Shown here: piece by piece, positions 12,799-26,425 of the stretch | Layout: each line of letters opens with the position of its first letter | Position numbering within the stretch: position 1 is the first letter of the stretch | Assembly: GCF_009914755.1 (NCBI RefSeq) | Contig: NC_060927.1 | Strand: one strand, 5' to 3' | DNA from: the human T2T-CHM13v2.0 reference genome, Homo sapiens | Length of the DNA stretch: 64,000 bases | Notes under the pieces: generated by a model | What the model was told of the DNA's origin: nothing | Database searches by the model: none | The model's input: the letters and a program-made list of their open reading frames with translations, nothing else | Position numbers and translations under genes: made by a program

Positions 12799-13591
12799 TG
12801 AAATGGGAGAATTCCCTGACACCCCTTGCTGAACGTGAGACAGGGATGTGACTCATCTGTTCAGTAACCACTGCTCCTCAAACCCCTTATGTGAGGGGAG
12901 CATGCAGACAGGTAGGTTCAGGAGCCAGAGTAAGCACCCCTGGGCTCCAGCCCCAGGGCAGCATTCAGGGTTGAGAGCCTGCAACTCCCAAAGCCCAAAT
13001 GGGCTGTGTTACAGTGTACTCTTTCAGCCTTGCCATTCGCGGGCAGCTTATCTGTTAACCAGCTCAGTGAATTCTCTGCCTTTTCACAATGGCAGAGGGC
13101 CAGTGTGACAGCTTTCTGTACCCAAGCTCTCGTCCAACATCCCAGAAGAGTCAGGTCACATACAGACTTGAAGGATGAATGTGGGGGTATTATTGAGTGG
13201 TGGAAATTGCTCTCAATGAGACGAATGGGGAGCTGGAAGGGGGATGGAGTGGGAAGATGTTCTTCCCCTGGAGTTTGGCCATCCAGTAGCCAATCTCCTC
13301 TCTGACCATCCCCAGCCAAACTTCTCTCAGCATTCGGATGGCCCTTCTCTTCTCTCTCCCACGCCATTCTGCCACTTGTCTACTCTTCTCCTTGTCTGCT
13401 TCTGGAGCCTGCAGTCTGGGGTTTACATGGGTACAGGATAGGGGCTGTGGTGAGCCAAAAGGCAGCTTTTGGGCATGAAAACAGGAATGCCTGTCTCCAT
13501 TTAGGGGCATGAGTATCCTGGCTTGATAGTGGGGCACTTGCCAGGGAACCACCCTTTTCTACCCAGTATTTCCCTATCTCCTGTCCGTTCT
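12799..13591 (-). mobile_element. Solo ERV1 LTR of the MER52/LTR27/LTR28 group
   Basis: Reverse complement starts ...acggacaggagatagggaaatactgggtagaaaagggtggttccctggcaag, characteristic of this group. aaat flanks both ends. Confidence 0.75.
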
Positions 13592-13784
13592 AAATGATCC
13601 ATTTAGAACCTGACCTACTTTCCGAAAAAAAAAATACATCTCCAAGGCAATCTATTGTTATAAAATCACTGAAATTGCTAGAGTCTTTCCCTAGACTTTT
13701 GAGCAGTTGCTTTCTGGGTCTCAATGTCCTTAACTGTAAAATGGGAATAAAAATAGAATTTCAGAGGGGCTTTGAAAATTGTCA

Positions 13785-14187
<403 letters not shown>

Positions 14188-14597
14188 TCACTAAATATTA
14201 GCCTTCTAAGAAACATAATCTTCAAATCCAAGTATGGGCTTTAGAAATGTAAGAAAATTTAATTCCTCCAAATATATTAATAAGTGAGAGAAAACTACGC
14301 ACTCACCCTCTAAACTTGACGTTTTATTTTGCTGATATTGTTGATTGTCTACCCGCTAAAATGACTTGCTGCGCACAACTACCCACATATCCCTGCAATG
14401 CGAGTACTCAAGTAATTTGAACAGGGCTAAATATACTACATTCTAAGGCAAAAAAAAGAAAAAAAAAAAGGGTAGGGAAAGGAAAGCAGTGGAAGAAAGC
14501 TCCTAAAACAACTGGAAACTACCTGTTCCTCCCAGGCAGAACCAACCACCCCATCCAATAGGCTATACAAGTTACCACAGTTTTTCTACCCTTCTGC

Positions 14598-14789
14598 TTT
14601 ATTTCCTATCTCCACATCCCTCCTGAGCATAGGGCCTGGTGCAGGATCACAGTGTTGTACATTCCTACGTTCTTTTCTTTGTAACTAAGTCACAGGACAA
14701 AGAGCCCCAAGAAAGTGGTTTTGTCCAGTGATGCACAGCCTTCCTGCTCCTCTACTGTCCACACTCGCTCAAGTGTGCGATCCAAGGAG
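14598..14789 (-). other. Candidate 3'-terminal exon of an unidentified minus-strand transcript
   Basis: Acceptor gatttttttcctttacag ends at 14790. One frame is open to TGA at 14690-14692. AATAAA at 14598-14603. Non-repetitive sequence, but no homology recognised. Confidence 0.25.
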
Positions 14790-15340
14790 CTGTAAAGGAA
14801 AAAAATCCCCAAATTAAATATTATTGTATTCCCACTCCTACTTATGCCTCCATACAGATGTTCTACAGGCAAGGGGAGAAGCACATGTTAAAGTTGTAAC
14901 GTTTCTAAATAGACGTACCATGTAAATGCCTAAGAGAGAGAAGGCTCCCACTTTTTTCCTCCCTCCTACCATCTTTGACAGTCCTCAAGGACAAGTCTCA
15001 ATTCCAGGACACTAGCCATGCCTGTTAGCAGAGGGGCTATTAGGCAATAAAATATCACCACTTACATGTTCACTTCTGTCTTCTCTCCTTTTCATGCCAC
15101 TGGATCATAAGAATGTAGACTGGTTTGCACATCGGAAAAGACCTGGCTGTCTGATCAGTTTGCTTTTCTTCCTTCTTTTCTACCCCTGCAGCCTAAGTGG
15201 TAAACCGGTCTGAGTAAGGTCAGTACTGCACTTTAGATTATGAGTGACGTAAACCAAGAAAGTATCAACTAACAACCATAGGGCACTTTGATTCTCAAAA
15301 TGGTTTTGGTTCTCTGTCTTACTCTATCTTCATAGCAACC

Positions 15341-15707
15341 TGTACTTGTTTCCTAAGGCTGCCATATCACCATGCCAAAGCTGCTTGGCTTAAAACAACA
15401 GAAATTTATTGTCTCATAGCTCTGGAGGCTAACAAGTCCAAGATCAAGGCACCAGAAAATCTGGTATCTGGTAAGAGCCTGTTTCCCTGTTTCCAAGGTC
15501 ACAGATGGCACCTTCTCAATGTGTCTCCACATGATGGACGGGGCAAGGCAGCTCTCTTTGGTCTCTTTTACAAGAGCACTAATCCCATTCATAAGGGCTC
15601 CACTGCCATGATGTAATCACCTTCCAAAGGCCTTCCAGTATCATCACATTAGGGGTTAGGAACTTAACATATAAATTTGGCAAGGACACAAATATTCAAG
15701 CACAGCA
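15341..15707 (-). mobile_element. MLT1A0-like MaLR solo LTR
   Basis: ggcttaaaacaacagaaatttattgtctcatagctctggagg...cactaatcccattcataagggctcc. Confidence 0.85.
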
Positions 15708-16054
15708 AAAAGTTTATATGTATTTATCTGCCCCTTCCTAGAACTGACCAAAGACTAGAGCTTGGGGCTAGCCCACTGCTCTGGACATACATGCTTTCCC
15801 CTCCCATCTCATGCCTCCCAGAGAAACTGCAGCTCCTGCATGCTTCAAGTGGAACTACTCTAACAACAAACAGCTACTGGAGAAGCAATGTTGCCCTCTC
15901 AAATGCAATATTCCCGGACTATGTGCTAATAAGTTACTTTTAAGAAAACTACTACTTACCCATCCACTATTTTCTTTGCATTTTTTGTCTACTGTTTTTG
16001 TCCACATAATCTTCTTCTCATGATACCCTCAAGAGATAGGCAGAACAATTATTA

Positions 16055-16874
16055 CAGGTATACCTTGGACATATTGTGGGTTTGGTCCTAGACCACAATA
16101 AAGTGAGTCATACAAATTTTTTGGTTTTCCAGAGTTAGGTACTTGCTCTAGATTAGGCTTTGGCTTAAAGAAATGTTGTATGTGGTTTAATGTTCCATCC
16201 AGACCACTCAAACATTCCCCATATCAGCAGTAAGACTGTTTGCTCTCTTACCACTCATGTATTCACTAGAGCGGCACTTTTAATGTCCTTCAAGACTTTT
16301 TCCTTTGCATTCACAACTTGGCTAACTGCTTGGCAAAAGAGCTCTAGCTTTTGGTCCATCTCAGCTTTTACATACCTTCCTCACTAAGCTTAATCATTTC
16401 TAGCTTTTGATTTAAAGTGAGACACACATGATTCTTCCTTTCACTTGAACAGTTAGAGGGCATTGCAGGGCTATTAATGGGCCTAATTTCAATATTGTTG
16501 TGTCTCAGGGAATAGGGAGGATCAAGGAGGGGTGGAGAGATGGAGGAACAGCCTGTCAGTGGAGAAGCCAGAACACACACAAGATTTATCGATTAAGTTT
16601 GCCGTCTTTTATGGACATGGTTCGTGGCACCCCAAAACAATTACAATAGTAACATCAAAGATCAATGATCACAGATCACTGTAACAGATATAATAATAAT
16701 GAAAAAGTCTTAAATATTGTGAAAATTTTTCACATTTGAAACAGACACAAAGTGAGCACATGCTGTTGGATAAATGGCACCAATAGCCTTGCTTTACGCA
16801 AGGTTGCCACAAACCTTCAGTTTGTAAAAAATGCAAATCTGTGAAAAACAATAAAGCACAATTTTTAAAAATAA
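16055..16874 (-). mobile_element. Tigger1 (TcMar) internally deleted copy
   Basis: TA followed by TIR caggtatacct at 16055. ORF 16368..16580 ends in SSERKNHVCLTLNQKLEMIKLSEEGM, the Tigger1 transposase N-terminus. Confidence 0.88.
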
Positions 16875-18089
16875 GAATCAAAAAAGCTATGAGGAATTCA
16901 CAAATATGCAACACAATTTAGAAGGTGGTCCAGAATCCCAGAATCTTTTCTCCCCCTAAAGAACCTCCACTGCCCTCCGAACTGTGACATGGCCTTTGAA
17001 ATCAGGGAGAATAGGGTCATAAGGTTTTTGAAGTGGAAGGAAATTAATCTTATTAAGTAGTACAGAAGGGAGAGTAGAGAACAAACAATTCCCAAGACAC
17101 ATAATAAAACATTGAACAACCGTCACTACCTCGAGGTGATCAGTGTTGGTGAATATTTTCACCTTTCCAAGCAAGAGAAATGTGAAATATGGATAAACTT
17201 AGAAAATGAAAAACATAACACCTATGAAGTCCTTCCAATAAAAAGTAAAGTTTTATCATAATTACTGGCTCTGAAGTAATTTGGAAGCCCTACAATGACC
17301 TATTCTGTGGGTTAAAAACTGCCATCCATCACAAAACTCGTCTCTACCAAATCAATTTCTAAAACAATCAATAGTAACATACTCAAAAAAGAATGTCTGA
17401 GAAATAATAAGAGCCAATGAAACTAATCACGTCAGAGAAAACTCAAGCATGACCTTTTGAGCAATACCATTTGTTGAGCTGACACTCTGCAAGATAAATA
17501 ACTTAAATAAATGAACACAGGCCAATAGTGAGAAAAAGAACTGTATATGAGCACAATTTCAACACAAAGCTCTAGTATGGCTTTCAAAGCAATCATGCCT
17601 TCACCAGAAACAAAACAGCTTCAATTTAAAGGATTTATCACAGGAATGATAAAATCTTTTGAAATGTCAGCACTAGGTCTAGAAATTATCAAAGGAAAAG
17701 AAAATTAAAAATAAAAATGAAAACCTTGCTGACAACAGCAAAAAAGCTATGACAATCCACCACCTTGTCAAATTATCTTTCTTTTATTGGCTCTCTGGCA
17801 TCAGTCTCCCATCCTCTGAAACTCATGCAAATGCTGTAGCAAACAGTTAAATATTTTATTCAGGTGTATGTTTATGTGCCTGTTTTAAAAGATATCTCTA
17901 CCCACTACCCTCCATTTATCTGTCACAGTCTTTTACCATCAAGAGCATGCCTGTTCTCAGTACTATGTAATATTTATGAGATACTCACAGTGTGCTCAAT
18001 GCAGATATCAACTGAAGGTCTGCCATCTCACTCAACCTTCTTGACCCAGAATCCCAGAGAAACTGATAAATAAACAACTACAGTAACAA

Positions 18090-18360
18090 TATCAACAACA
18101 ACATCTTTTAACAGATATTGAGCTGTTAATTTGCACCAGCACTGTGCTAAGGGCTCCACGTATAGTCTTATTTCATATGCACAACAGATGTGCAATATAG
18201 GTGTTCTAAGTATCCCCATGTTACAATGAAGAAAATTGAGACTGAGAAATGTTAGGGAACATCCCCAAGGCCACACAACCAATGTACGCCCAGGGTCTTT
18301 CCTGACTCAGGGGTCTCCCTGACTCAGATGCCTTACAAACAGCACTTAACCAACAGGCTG
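18090..18360 (-). mobile_element. MIR
   Basis: atccccatgttacaatgaagaaaattgagactgagaaatgttagggaacatccccaaggccacac. Confidence 0.8.
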
Positions 18361-18717
18361 GATGACTTCGCTAGTTCACGTCTTCTCACTGCGTGTTGTT
18401 GAAACAGATACTGTAGTGGAGTGCGTTTTCTTCATGCAGTGTGTTGTTGACACTCATCTGAATTAATGCATACAGTGAAAAGGCGTTGAGAATAGTTGAA
18501 AAGTACTATGGTACAAATGATGATATGGCATAAATACAATGAAACGGAAAAATGTGAAAAGGAAAAAAGCAGATTGTAAAACAATACAGACAAAAGTACA
18601 AAATAATGTTAGCTAGCCTTTATTAAGTGTTTACTATATCTCAGATATTTTCCAAGTTATTATCCTGTATTAATATATTGACTCTTTATAATAGCTCTAT
18701 TTATTTACATATACCAG

Positions 18718-19546
18718 GTATATTAGTTTTCTAGGGCTGTGGTAACAATTCCCACAACCTTAGCAGCTTAAACCACACAAATTTAGTATCTGTTAAATTT
18801 TTATTTTATTTTATTATTAATTTTTTAGAGACAGAGTCTCGCTCTGTCACTCCAGTTGGAGTACAATAGAGTGATCATAGCTCACTGTAATCTTGAACTC
18901 CTGAACTCAAGTGATCCTCTGGTCTCAGCCTCCTGAGTAACTGGGACTACAGATGCACACCACCATGCCCCACTCATTTTTACATTTTTTGTAGAGATGG
19001 GGTCTTGCTATGTTGCCCAGTCTAGCCTCAAGTGATCCTCCTGTCTTGGCCTCCCAAAGTGCAAGGATTACAAGTGTAAGCCATCACACTTGGCCTAAAA
19101 ATTTGTATCTTACACTTAGTTCTATAGTTCAGAATTCTGAAATGGAGTTCACTGGGCTATAATCAAGGTGTTGGCAAGGCCATATTCCTTCCCAGAGGCT
19201 CTAAGGAACAATCTGTTTCTTTGGCCTTTCCAGCTTCTAGCCACATTCCTTGGCTCTTGACCATCTTCCTCTATCTTCAAAGCCAGCAATAACAGGCCAA
19301 GACTTCCTGATGCTGCCATCTCTCTGATTCTGTCTTCCAATTCCCTGTTCCACTTTTAAAGACCCTTGTGATTACATTGGGCCCACCCAGATAATCCAGG
19401 ATACTCTCCCTATTTTATGGTCAGCTGATTAGCAACTTTAATTCTATCTGCAACCTTAATTCTCCTTTACCGTGTAACCTAACATATTCACAGGTTTCTG
19501 GGATTGGGATGTAGACATCTTTAGGGACCATTATTCTGCCTAGCAG
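18718..19546 (-). mobile_element. MLT1D LTR interrupted by an AluJ
   Basis: ggtcagctgattagcaactttaattctatctgcaaccttaatt and acccttgtgattacattgggcccacccagataatccagg match MLT1D. Confidence 0.85.
18800..19095 (-). mobile_element. AluJ
   Basis: Diverged antisense dimer with a small left-arm deletion. Confidence 0.88.
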
Positions 19547-19718
19547 AGTTGTCTTCTGATCCCAAAAGATTCACACATGTCCCAAGCCATTACACCAGGT
19601 AATTCTCATTGAATTTTCTCTATTAGAGCTCCTGCTATCAAAATACAGAAACTAAAAAGGTTCATACAGTATGAAATAAATCCCAAAATTAAATAATAAA
19701 ATATTAACAATATTTATT

Positions 19719-19997
19719 GGTCAGACATGGTGGTTCATGCCTGTAACCTCAGTGCTTTGGGAGGTCTACACAGGAGGATCACTTGAGCCCAGGAGTTCAA
19801 GGCCAGCCTGGGCCGCATAGTGAGACTTCATCTCTACAAAAACTTAAAAAATAGCCAGATGTGGTAGCATGCTAATTGGGAAGCTGAGGTGGGAGGATCG
19901 CTTGAGCCTAAACTGTTTGAAGTTACAGTGAGCTATAATCATACCACTGCACTCCAGTGTGGGTGACAGAGTGAGACGTCTCTAAAAAAAAGCAAAA
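19719..19997 (+). mobile_element. AluJ
   Basis: Diverged dimer. Degenerate TSD aacaatattta / aacaatgttta. Confidence 0.88.
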
Positions 19998-20021
19998 ACA
20001 ATGTTTAGCTCTGGGTAATAG

Positions 20022-20372
<351 letters not shown>

Positions 20373-21319
20373 GTGATCCATAATTTTTACAACAAGCATG
20401 AATAACTTCTGCAATCAGAAAAAGTTATTTTAAAAAATAAAATGTGTTGAAATGAGTGCCAGTAAAAGAATGTGCAGGATGACAGAGGGGCAACAAGGGT
20501 AGCACCACCAGCTGCACTCAGATGGGAAGGGAATTAAAAGCTGTCACTGAGAGGGAGTATGCCAGATGGAGAAATGAGCAAGGAGTCTGATGGGCCAATC
20601 CAAACCAAAGAATAAAGTCAAGGGCTGGAGGCCAGTTGCTCTTGTCTCCTCCTCACCATCACTCACTTCATAAGGTGTGAGTTGGAGATGGGCAGTTTGC
20701 TCATGATAAGGGACTCAGGTTTGGCAAAAACCGCAAAAGGAATCTAAGAAAAAGGAAGGACATGGGTAAATCGAAAACCAAACTCATAGACTTGTGTTGA
20801 ATAAAAGAAAGAACATAGAGAAACAAGTTCAAGTCCCACCTTCACAATTTACAACTGTGCCAACCTGGGTCAGCCTAGCTGCCTATCTGGTCTTTGGTTT
20901 CCATAACTTTAAAATAGAAAGGAGAATAATGCCCTGTGCCTCCCAGAGTTGTTATGAATATTAAATTACATGGTATACTTAGCAAACTATAAAGAATCAT
21001 GACGGGGAAGGAAGGAGGAACCTGTGGTCCATAAAGCAGCAGCTAAAATGTCTCAGCCAAATAAAGGTGGAAAGTTGCAGGTAGGTGCAAGGTAGGCTGG
21101 CATTTGAGTAGTTTATGGGGATAGATTATTTTTAACAACATAAACACAGACGTTCCAAGAAGTTAACTTGTCTCAAGTTAACAAAAATAAATGGTAGAGT
21201 TGGAACCCTATGGCTTCAAAGTCTGCTTTTTTCTCTGTCTCTAATATATGCCTTGTGAAACAAGAGATTCAAGGTGTTGAGAAAGTGGCAGAGCAGGGAT
21301 TAGAGTCTAGATCTACCAA

Positions 21320-21560
21320 CAAGTATAAGTGAGTGTTCTCTCTATGCTGGACACTGTTGTAAGTACTTTGTATATAGTAACTTATTAAATCATCCCAGTA
21401 TCCATGGAAGGAAATTGTCCCCATTTTTATAGATGAGAAAACTGATGCATTGAAAGATTCAATAAAACCCAAGATCACACAGATAGTAGATGAGCAAATC
21501 AAGATTTGAATCCAGGCAATATAGCACCACAATCTGTATTCACAATCACAAAGCCATGTT
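21320..21560 (-). mobile_element. MIR
   Basis: tccccatttttatagatgagaaaactga...cccaagatcacacagatagta. Confidence 0.8.
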
Positions 21561-22909
21561 GCTCGCGAGCAGGTATATACACATATATTCTGCCCGACTG
21601 CTCTGCAACTCCTTAAGCATTGTCTGCAAGCCCCCACATCCATTCTACAGGGTCATGTACATAACAAATGCTCTTGAAAGATTTCTTAAGTTCAGAAATG
21701 GCCTTCGAATGCAGTAATATTCAGGGACATGATAAGGAATGAGGAGGAAAAAGCAGACATTCTGGGTGATGTACTAGATATGGAATACCAAAGGGACAAC
21801 ATAAGGAAGGTGCCTAGATTAAGGGACCAGGGACTGGCTGGATCCACACAGAAGGGGGCAGGAACTCTGTTGAAAGATGGCTGGGAGAGTAAGAGGAAAA
21901 TGAAGTAAAAGGAAAAGAGGAGGATAGGGAAATCATTTAGTAATCATATAGGAGATGAGTTCCTCAAGATAATATGTTGACATAGTATCTTTAAGCAAAA
22001 GAAAATACAAAACTGAAGAAAAAATCACTGCTAGAAATAAAGTAGAACAGGCTTGGTTCCTCAAAAGACATTCTGGGAGAAGAAAAGTTTTCAATGAATA
22101 TGCAAAAACATACAAACAATAAAACACTCCATAATTCTAACCATTAACCCAATGCCCCATTTCCAAACAGTCAGGCTTAGTTAATAGCTTTTATAGTGCA
22201 TTTAATTTTCAATTTGTGAGATGTCAATCTGGGAGGCTTTGTTGGAAACCAATGAGGTGAGATTACTCTAGCAATTACCCCCAAATAATGGGTGACTGCA
22301 TTCAACAAAGCTGTAAATAAAAAATGCCTTTCTTTTCATTAGAGAGAATGAACAGCAGAGAAAAGAGGGCATTTGGGACAACATACTGGAAAAGGTGATC
22401 ACTCTAAATATATAGTGAGCTTTCATGGGACAGATTTCTAGAATCCTATAGAAAAATCCCACCAATATACTTGTGTTTAAAAAAATAAAAAGGCGGCACT
22501 ATTTAGCTTACTAAATTCAGCATAAGGCTCATAGATGGACAGATACTATCTGTCCCACTACTACTCAATGCAAGGTCTACAGTCAGATGAGCATCTAACA
22601 CAATTTGGTTTGCAGAGTTTTCAAGAAAGCAGTGTATTTTATCTGTACAGCTGCCCATTTCAACTGTCCCTTCTATGCTCATAGGAGGAGGAAAAGAAGG
22701 CCCTTGGAAATTGCCATTCTGGAATTGAAAACTTAAATCCTCCAGACAACCATTAACTTTTAAAGGACATCTAAAAGTGCAGCTCTGTGATAACCAAGAA
22801 GATGATGGTGATAGTTCTGCCTATGACTGAATACACAAATCTCTTAAACCTCTACAGCTGCTCAACAAAACAAAGAAATAAACATTGCATTTTGCAGAGA
22901 ATCCATTCT

Positions 22910-23510
22910 ATCATGTTATTCAACAAATTTGTATTCATCTGTGACTATGTTACTGTTACTGAGTATACGCAGTCACAATGGTGAGCAAAAACGAAAATAA
23001 TTTCTGCCTTCATGGAGTTCACAGTATAGAGGGAAGAGAGGCATTAACGCATAATCACAAATCACACAAATGTACAACAAAAACTGTGATCCATGTTAGG
23101 AATTTAAAAGGTGTCCCTGTGGAAAAAAAAAAAAAAAACCTTGAGCTGAGATCTGAAAAGTAAATCAGAGGTGACCAGGGCAAGACAAGGGGTGATGTGC
23201 TGGATAAGGAGAATAAAAATATTCCTGGAACAGGGGACTGTATATGCAAAGGTCCTGTAGCAAGAGGGACCACACAATACAGTTAAGGAACTGAAAGAAG
23301 GTGCAGGAAGCCTGAGGGGCTACGGATGAGCTGAGATGGGAGAGACAGGCATGGTCAAACCATGCCAAGTGGAGGATTTAGGTTATTATAAATGCAGAAG
23401 AAAGACATTTGAAGCAGAGGCTGATAAAGAAGTTATGATATGAATCAGATTTACGTTTTGAAAAATCGCTCTAGCTGCCCAGTGGTAAATAAATTGGTGG
23501 AGGCAAGCAA
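22910..23510 (-). mobile_element. L2 LINE fragment
   Basis: ttattcaacaaatttgtattc...ctgccttcatggagttcacagt...atcagatttacgttttgaaaaatcgctctagctgc. Confidence 0.75.
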
Positions 23511-23764
23511 TATGTCAGAACTAAAGTGATAGAGATTAGCGATTTCTGAACTTACATGACATCATACACAAAGTATTTGGGCAGAGCAATGAATAGCAGC
23601 CTCTTAATCCATGTCTGGCCTGCCAGGGCACAGACTGGTTAAAAACACAGACTGCTGAACTAGGATTCCTGGTTTGGAATCCCAGGAATGCCACTGTGTG
23701 CCCTTGTACAATTTATATAATCTCTCTGCCTCGGTTTTCTCACTGTAAAACGAGAATGATAATA

Positions 23765-24089
23765 TAGGTTACAAAATCTTCATGACCAAATGTATTTTGA
23801 AATTCAGAATTTTTTGGACTTTTGAAAGGCATGAGATTACACTAAATATTCTGTAACACCCCCAGCAGAGTCTTGGGTAGGACCCCATATTCAAACACAT
23901 TAACATTCAAACACATTTTGAAGCAAGATGTATGATTATTAACACTATGTGGAATAAAGACCAATAAGTAGACTTATGTCAATCCAGATCAAGTTTTGCC
24001 ATCTAATGAGTTTGCACCAACTTTCAAGAAAATTCTGTTTTTTCAGAATCTTTTGAAATTCAGAACTGCAAATGAGGGACTACGCATAT
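23765..24089. mobile_element. MER46C-like TcMar-Tigger element inserted in a MIR
   Basis: gaccaaatgtattttgaaattcagaatttttt...gaaattcagaactgcaaatgagggact. TA flanks; MIR resumes at ~24091. Confidence 0.65.
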
Positions 24090-24384
24090 GTAGTACCTTC
24101 CTCCTAGGGTTATGATGAGGAATAAATGAATCATTGTAAACCCTTGGGAAAGTGTTTGGCACATAGTAAATAGCATTTGTTAAGTAAATAAAGCTCTTAG
24201 GTACCAAACTAGCTAGCTGCATGAACTTAGGAGTTCCTACTCTGTAAATGGAAGGATGATAAGATGACCTCTGAGGTCCTTCCAGCTTTCAAGTTCCATA
24301 AGACCCCAAAGTGTCTTGAGGAATGTCTGTTTCCAATACTTTGTGGAAAAGCCAGTAGAGGACCCTGAGTCTATTCCTAATCAG

Positions 24385-25240
24385 TGTTAAAAGAAAAACT
24401 TCAGACAAATTAACTTTACCAGAGTTTAATTGAGCAAAGAATAATTTGAGAATTGGGCAGCCCCCTGATCCAGAATAGCTTCAGAGCAATGATGACACCA
24501 GACCAATTGTCCCATAGCACTGATGTTTATGGTTTCTTTTGAATAAACATAGAAATGGATCCTCCCAATCTTAAAAGTGGAGAAAGTTAGAATTGTCTTA
24601 TTTGAGTTTCTTTCTCAGAAAACCAACCATCAGGACTCCCAGATAGTATTGAGGAACTAAAACTTACCAGACACCACATCTGGACAATGAAACACCAGAT
24701 CTCTCACCCATCATGATTGCCTAACTGACTCCCTGCTTCCTGCTGACCAATTCCTCTTCCTTACCCCTCATTAACTTATGTTTTTCTGCATGTAGTTACA
24801 TTTCTTCCCTGCTATATAAACCCCTGATTTTGGTTGGTCAGAGTGATGAATTTGAGACTGATCTCCCATCTCCTCAGCTGCAGCACCCCATTAAAGCCTT
24901 CTTCTCTGGCAGTACTCATTGTCTCAGTGATTGGCTTTCTATGCAGGGAGCAGCAAGAACTAGACCAAACTGCTGGCATTTTGGTAATAATGGGGTGGTG
25001 GGGGACACATAAGGGAGGTACAGAAACAGTTGGACTGGGTACAGCTTGGCATTTGTCTTATTAGAACATGGGTTGAACAGTTGGCAGCCTGTGACAGGCT
25101 AAAACTCTATGATTGGTACAAGAGTAGGTTACAGTCTGTTTACACATCTAGTTAGGTTACAGTGCAGTGTGTAAGGAGAAACCTTTAGGCCAAACTTAAA
25201 GTATGTAAGGAGGCCGCTTTAGGCTACACTTAAATTAACA
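24385..25240 (-). mobile_element. MER57-like ERV1 LTR split by LTR47
   Basis: tgttaaaagaaaaacttcagac ... aggagaaacctttaggccaaacttaaagtatgtaaggaggccgctttaggctacacttaaattaaca. Flanks tcag / acag. Confidence 0.8.
24493..24989 (+). mobile_element. LTR47A-like ERVL solo LTR
   Basis: ccaattgtcccatagcactgatgtttatggtttc...ctatataaacccc...attaaagcc...ctagaccaaactgctggcattttggtaata. Confidence 0.8.
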
Positions 25241-25779
25241 ACAGGTAATGATGATGCTATAGCCATTTGATACCCGGTCCTCCCACCTCTTCCGTCCCAC
25301 TGGTCAGTTCATTTACACTCAGACTCGTTTCTGTATTTACCTCTCCTCTAATACCGTCTCACCCTCACTCTCCTACACCTCAGCCTGAACAGCCCCCACT
25401 TCCTCATAGCACCCTTACCACAGATTCAGTCATGCCCTAAGCTCCTAATCACTGATACAAATCACCAGACTCCCAGAAAAAACAAACTCCTGAGCCAACC
25501 CTTGCCTGGGAAATGGAAGCTGACAGCTATTCTCACTGTGCTTGCTTTCAAATGTATTGGGAGCATGATCAAACTGGGCATCAAAGAGTCTAGCCATATG
25601 ACTTTGGGAGAGTCAGAAACTTAACTGCTCAGAACCTCAGCTCCCTTATGTGCAACATCAGAATGATAATAATAGCAATAGAACCTTCTTCACACTGCTA
25701 CTGTGAGGGTCACACCAGGTGTAACACAAGTAAAAGTTACCTTACAAAGTGCAGCTTATTGTTATTATCAACTGTTGCT

Positions 25780-26283
25780 GCCAGACGAGGTGTCAGAGTC
25801 CCAGCATCAGGAAGTGGTTGGTTCATGGACAGGATAGTAAGAAGAATTTACCAACAATCGTATAGGTTTGAAGAAGAAAATTTTATTAGATAGAAAGAAC
25901 ACTGCAGAAGAATGAGTGGGGTGCCTCAGCAAGAGAGGAATGAGCGCAATGTGGTGGATTTTTCCTTGGGAATATTTATGAATCTTAAAGTGGGTACTTT
26001 AGGGTAATTTGAACCATATTAGCCATGTAGGTCATGAAAAATGATTGCATTTGTAGGCATTTTGGTACCTTGATGTCAACAAGGGTTGCACAATGAGTTT
26101 CAATATGCATGCATTCCGGAGATGTACAGCAATTCTAGTTACTTATACATTTTTGGGAAAGAAACCTGCAACCAGATGCCTGCTTTAGATAACAGGGAAG
26201 TCTAATATTCTAAATTCCTCAAATAAGGAGTTTTGTCTCTGGATGGCCTGCTTGATGGCCACCAGGTGATCTTTGCTTTCCTT
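25780..26283 (-). mobile_element. Solo LTR, probably ERVL (LTR32/LTR62-like, subfamily uncertain)
   Basis: Reverse complement begins aggaaagcaaagatcacctggtggccatcaagcaggccatcc. Minus-strand AATAAA near 25882. Confidence 0.55.
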
Positions 26284-26425
26284 GGTTGCCTTATAATTGA
26301 AATTCTTTCTGGAAGGAAAGATGTCCTGATAATGAATAGTCCTCCCAGGAAAAGAAAAATCTGCATTTTCAATGCTTTATTTAAAAAGGAAACAAGCATT
26401 TATTGACATCTTTACATATGCCAAT

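Noticed and set aside
12848-13552. Several overlapping 65-149 aa ORFs on both strands
   Set aside because: All lie in a GC-richer LTR, where stop codons are scarce.
14700-14790. RVWTVEEQE as a SANT/Myb domain start
   Set aside because: The following helices and conserved aromatic residues are absent and a stop follows within 17 codons.
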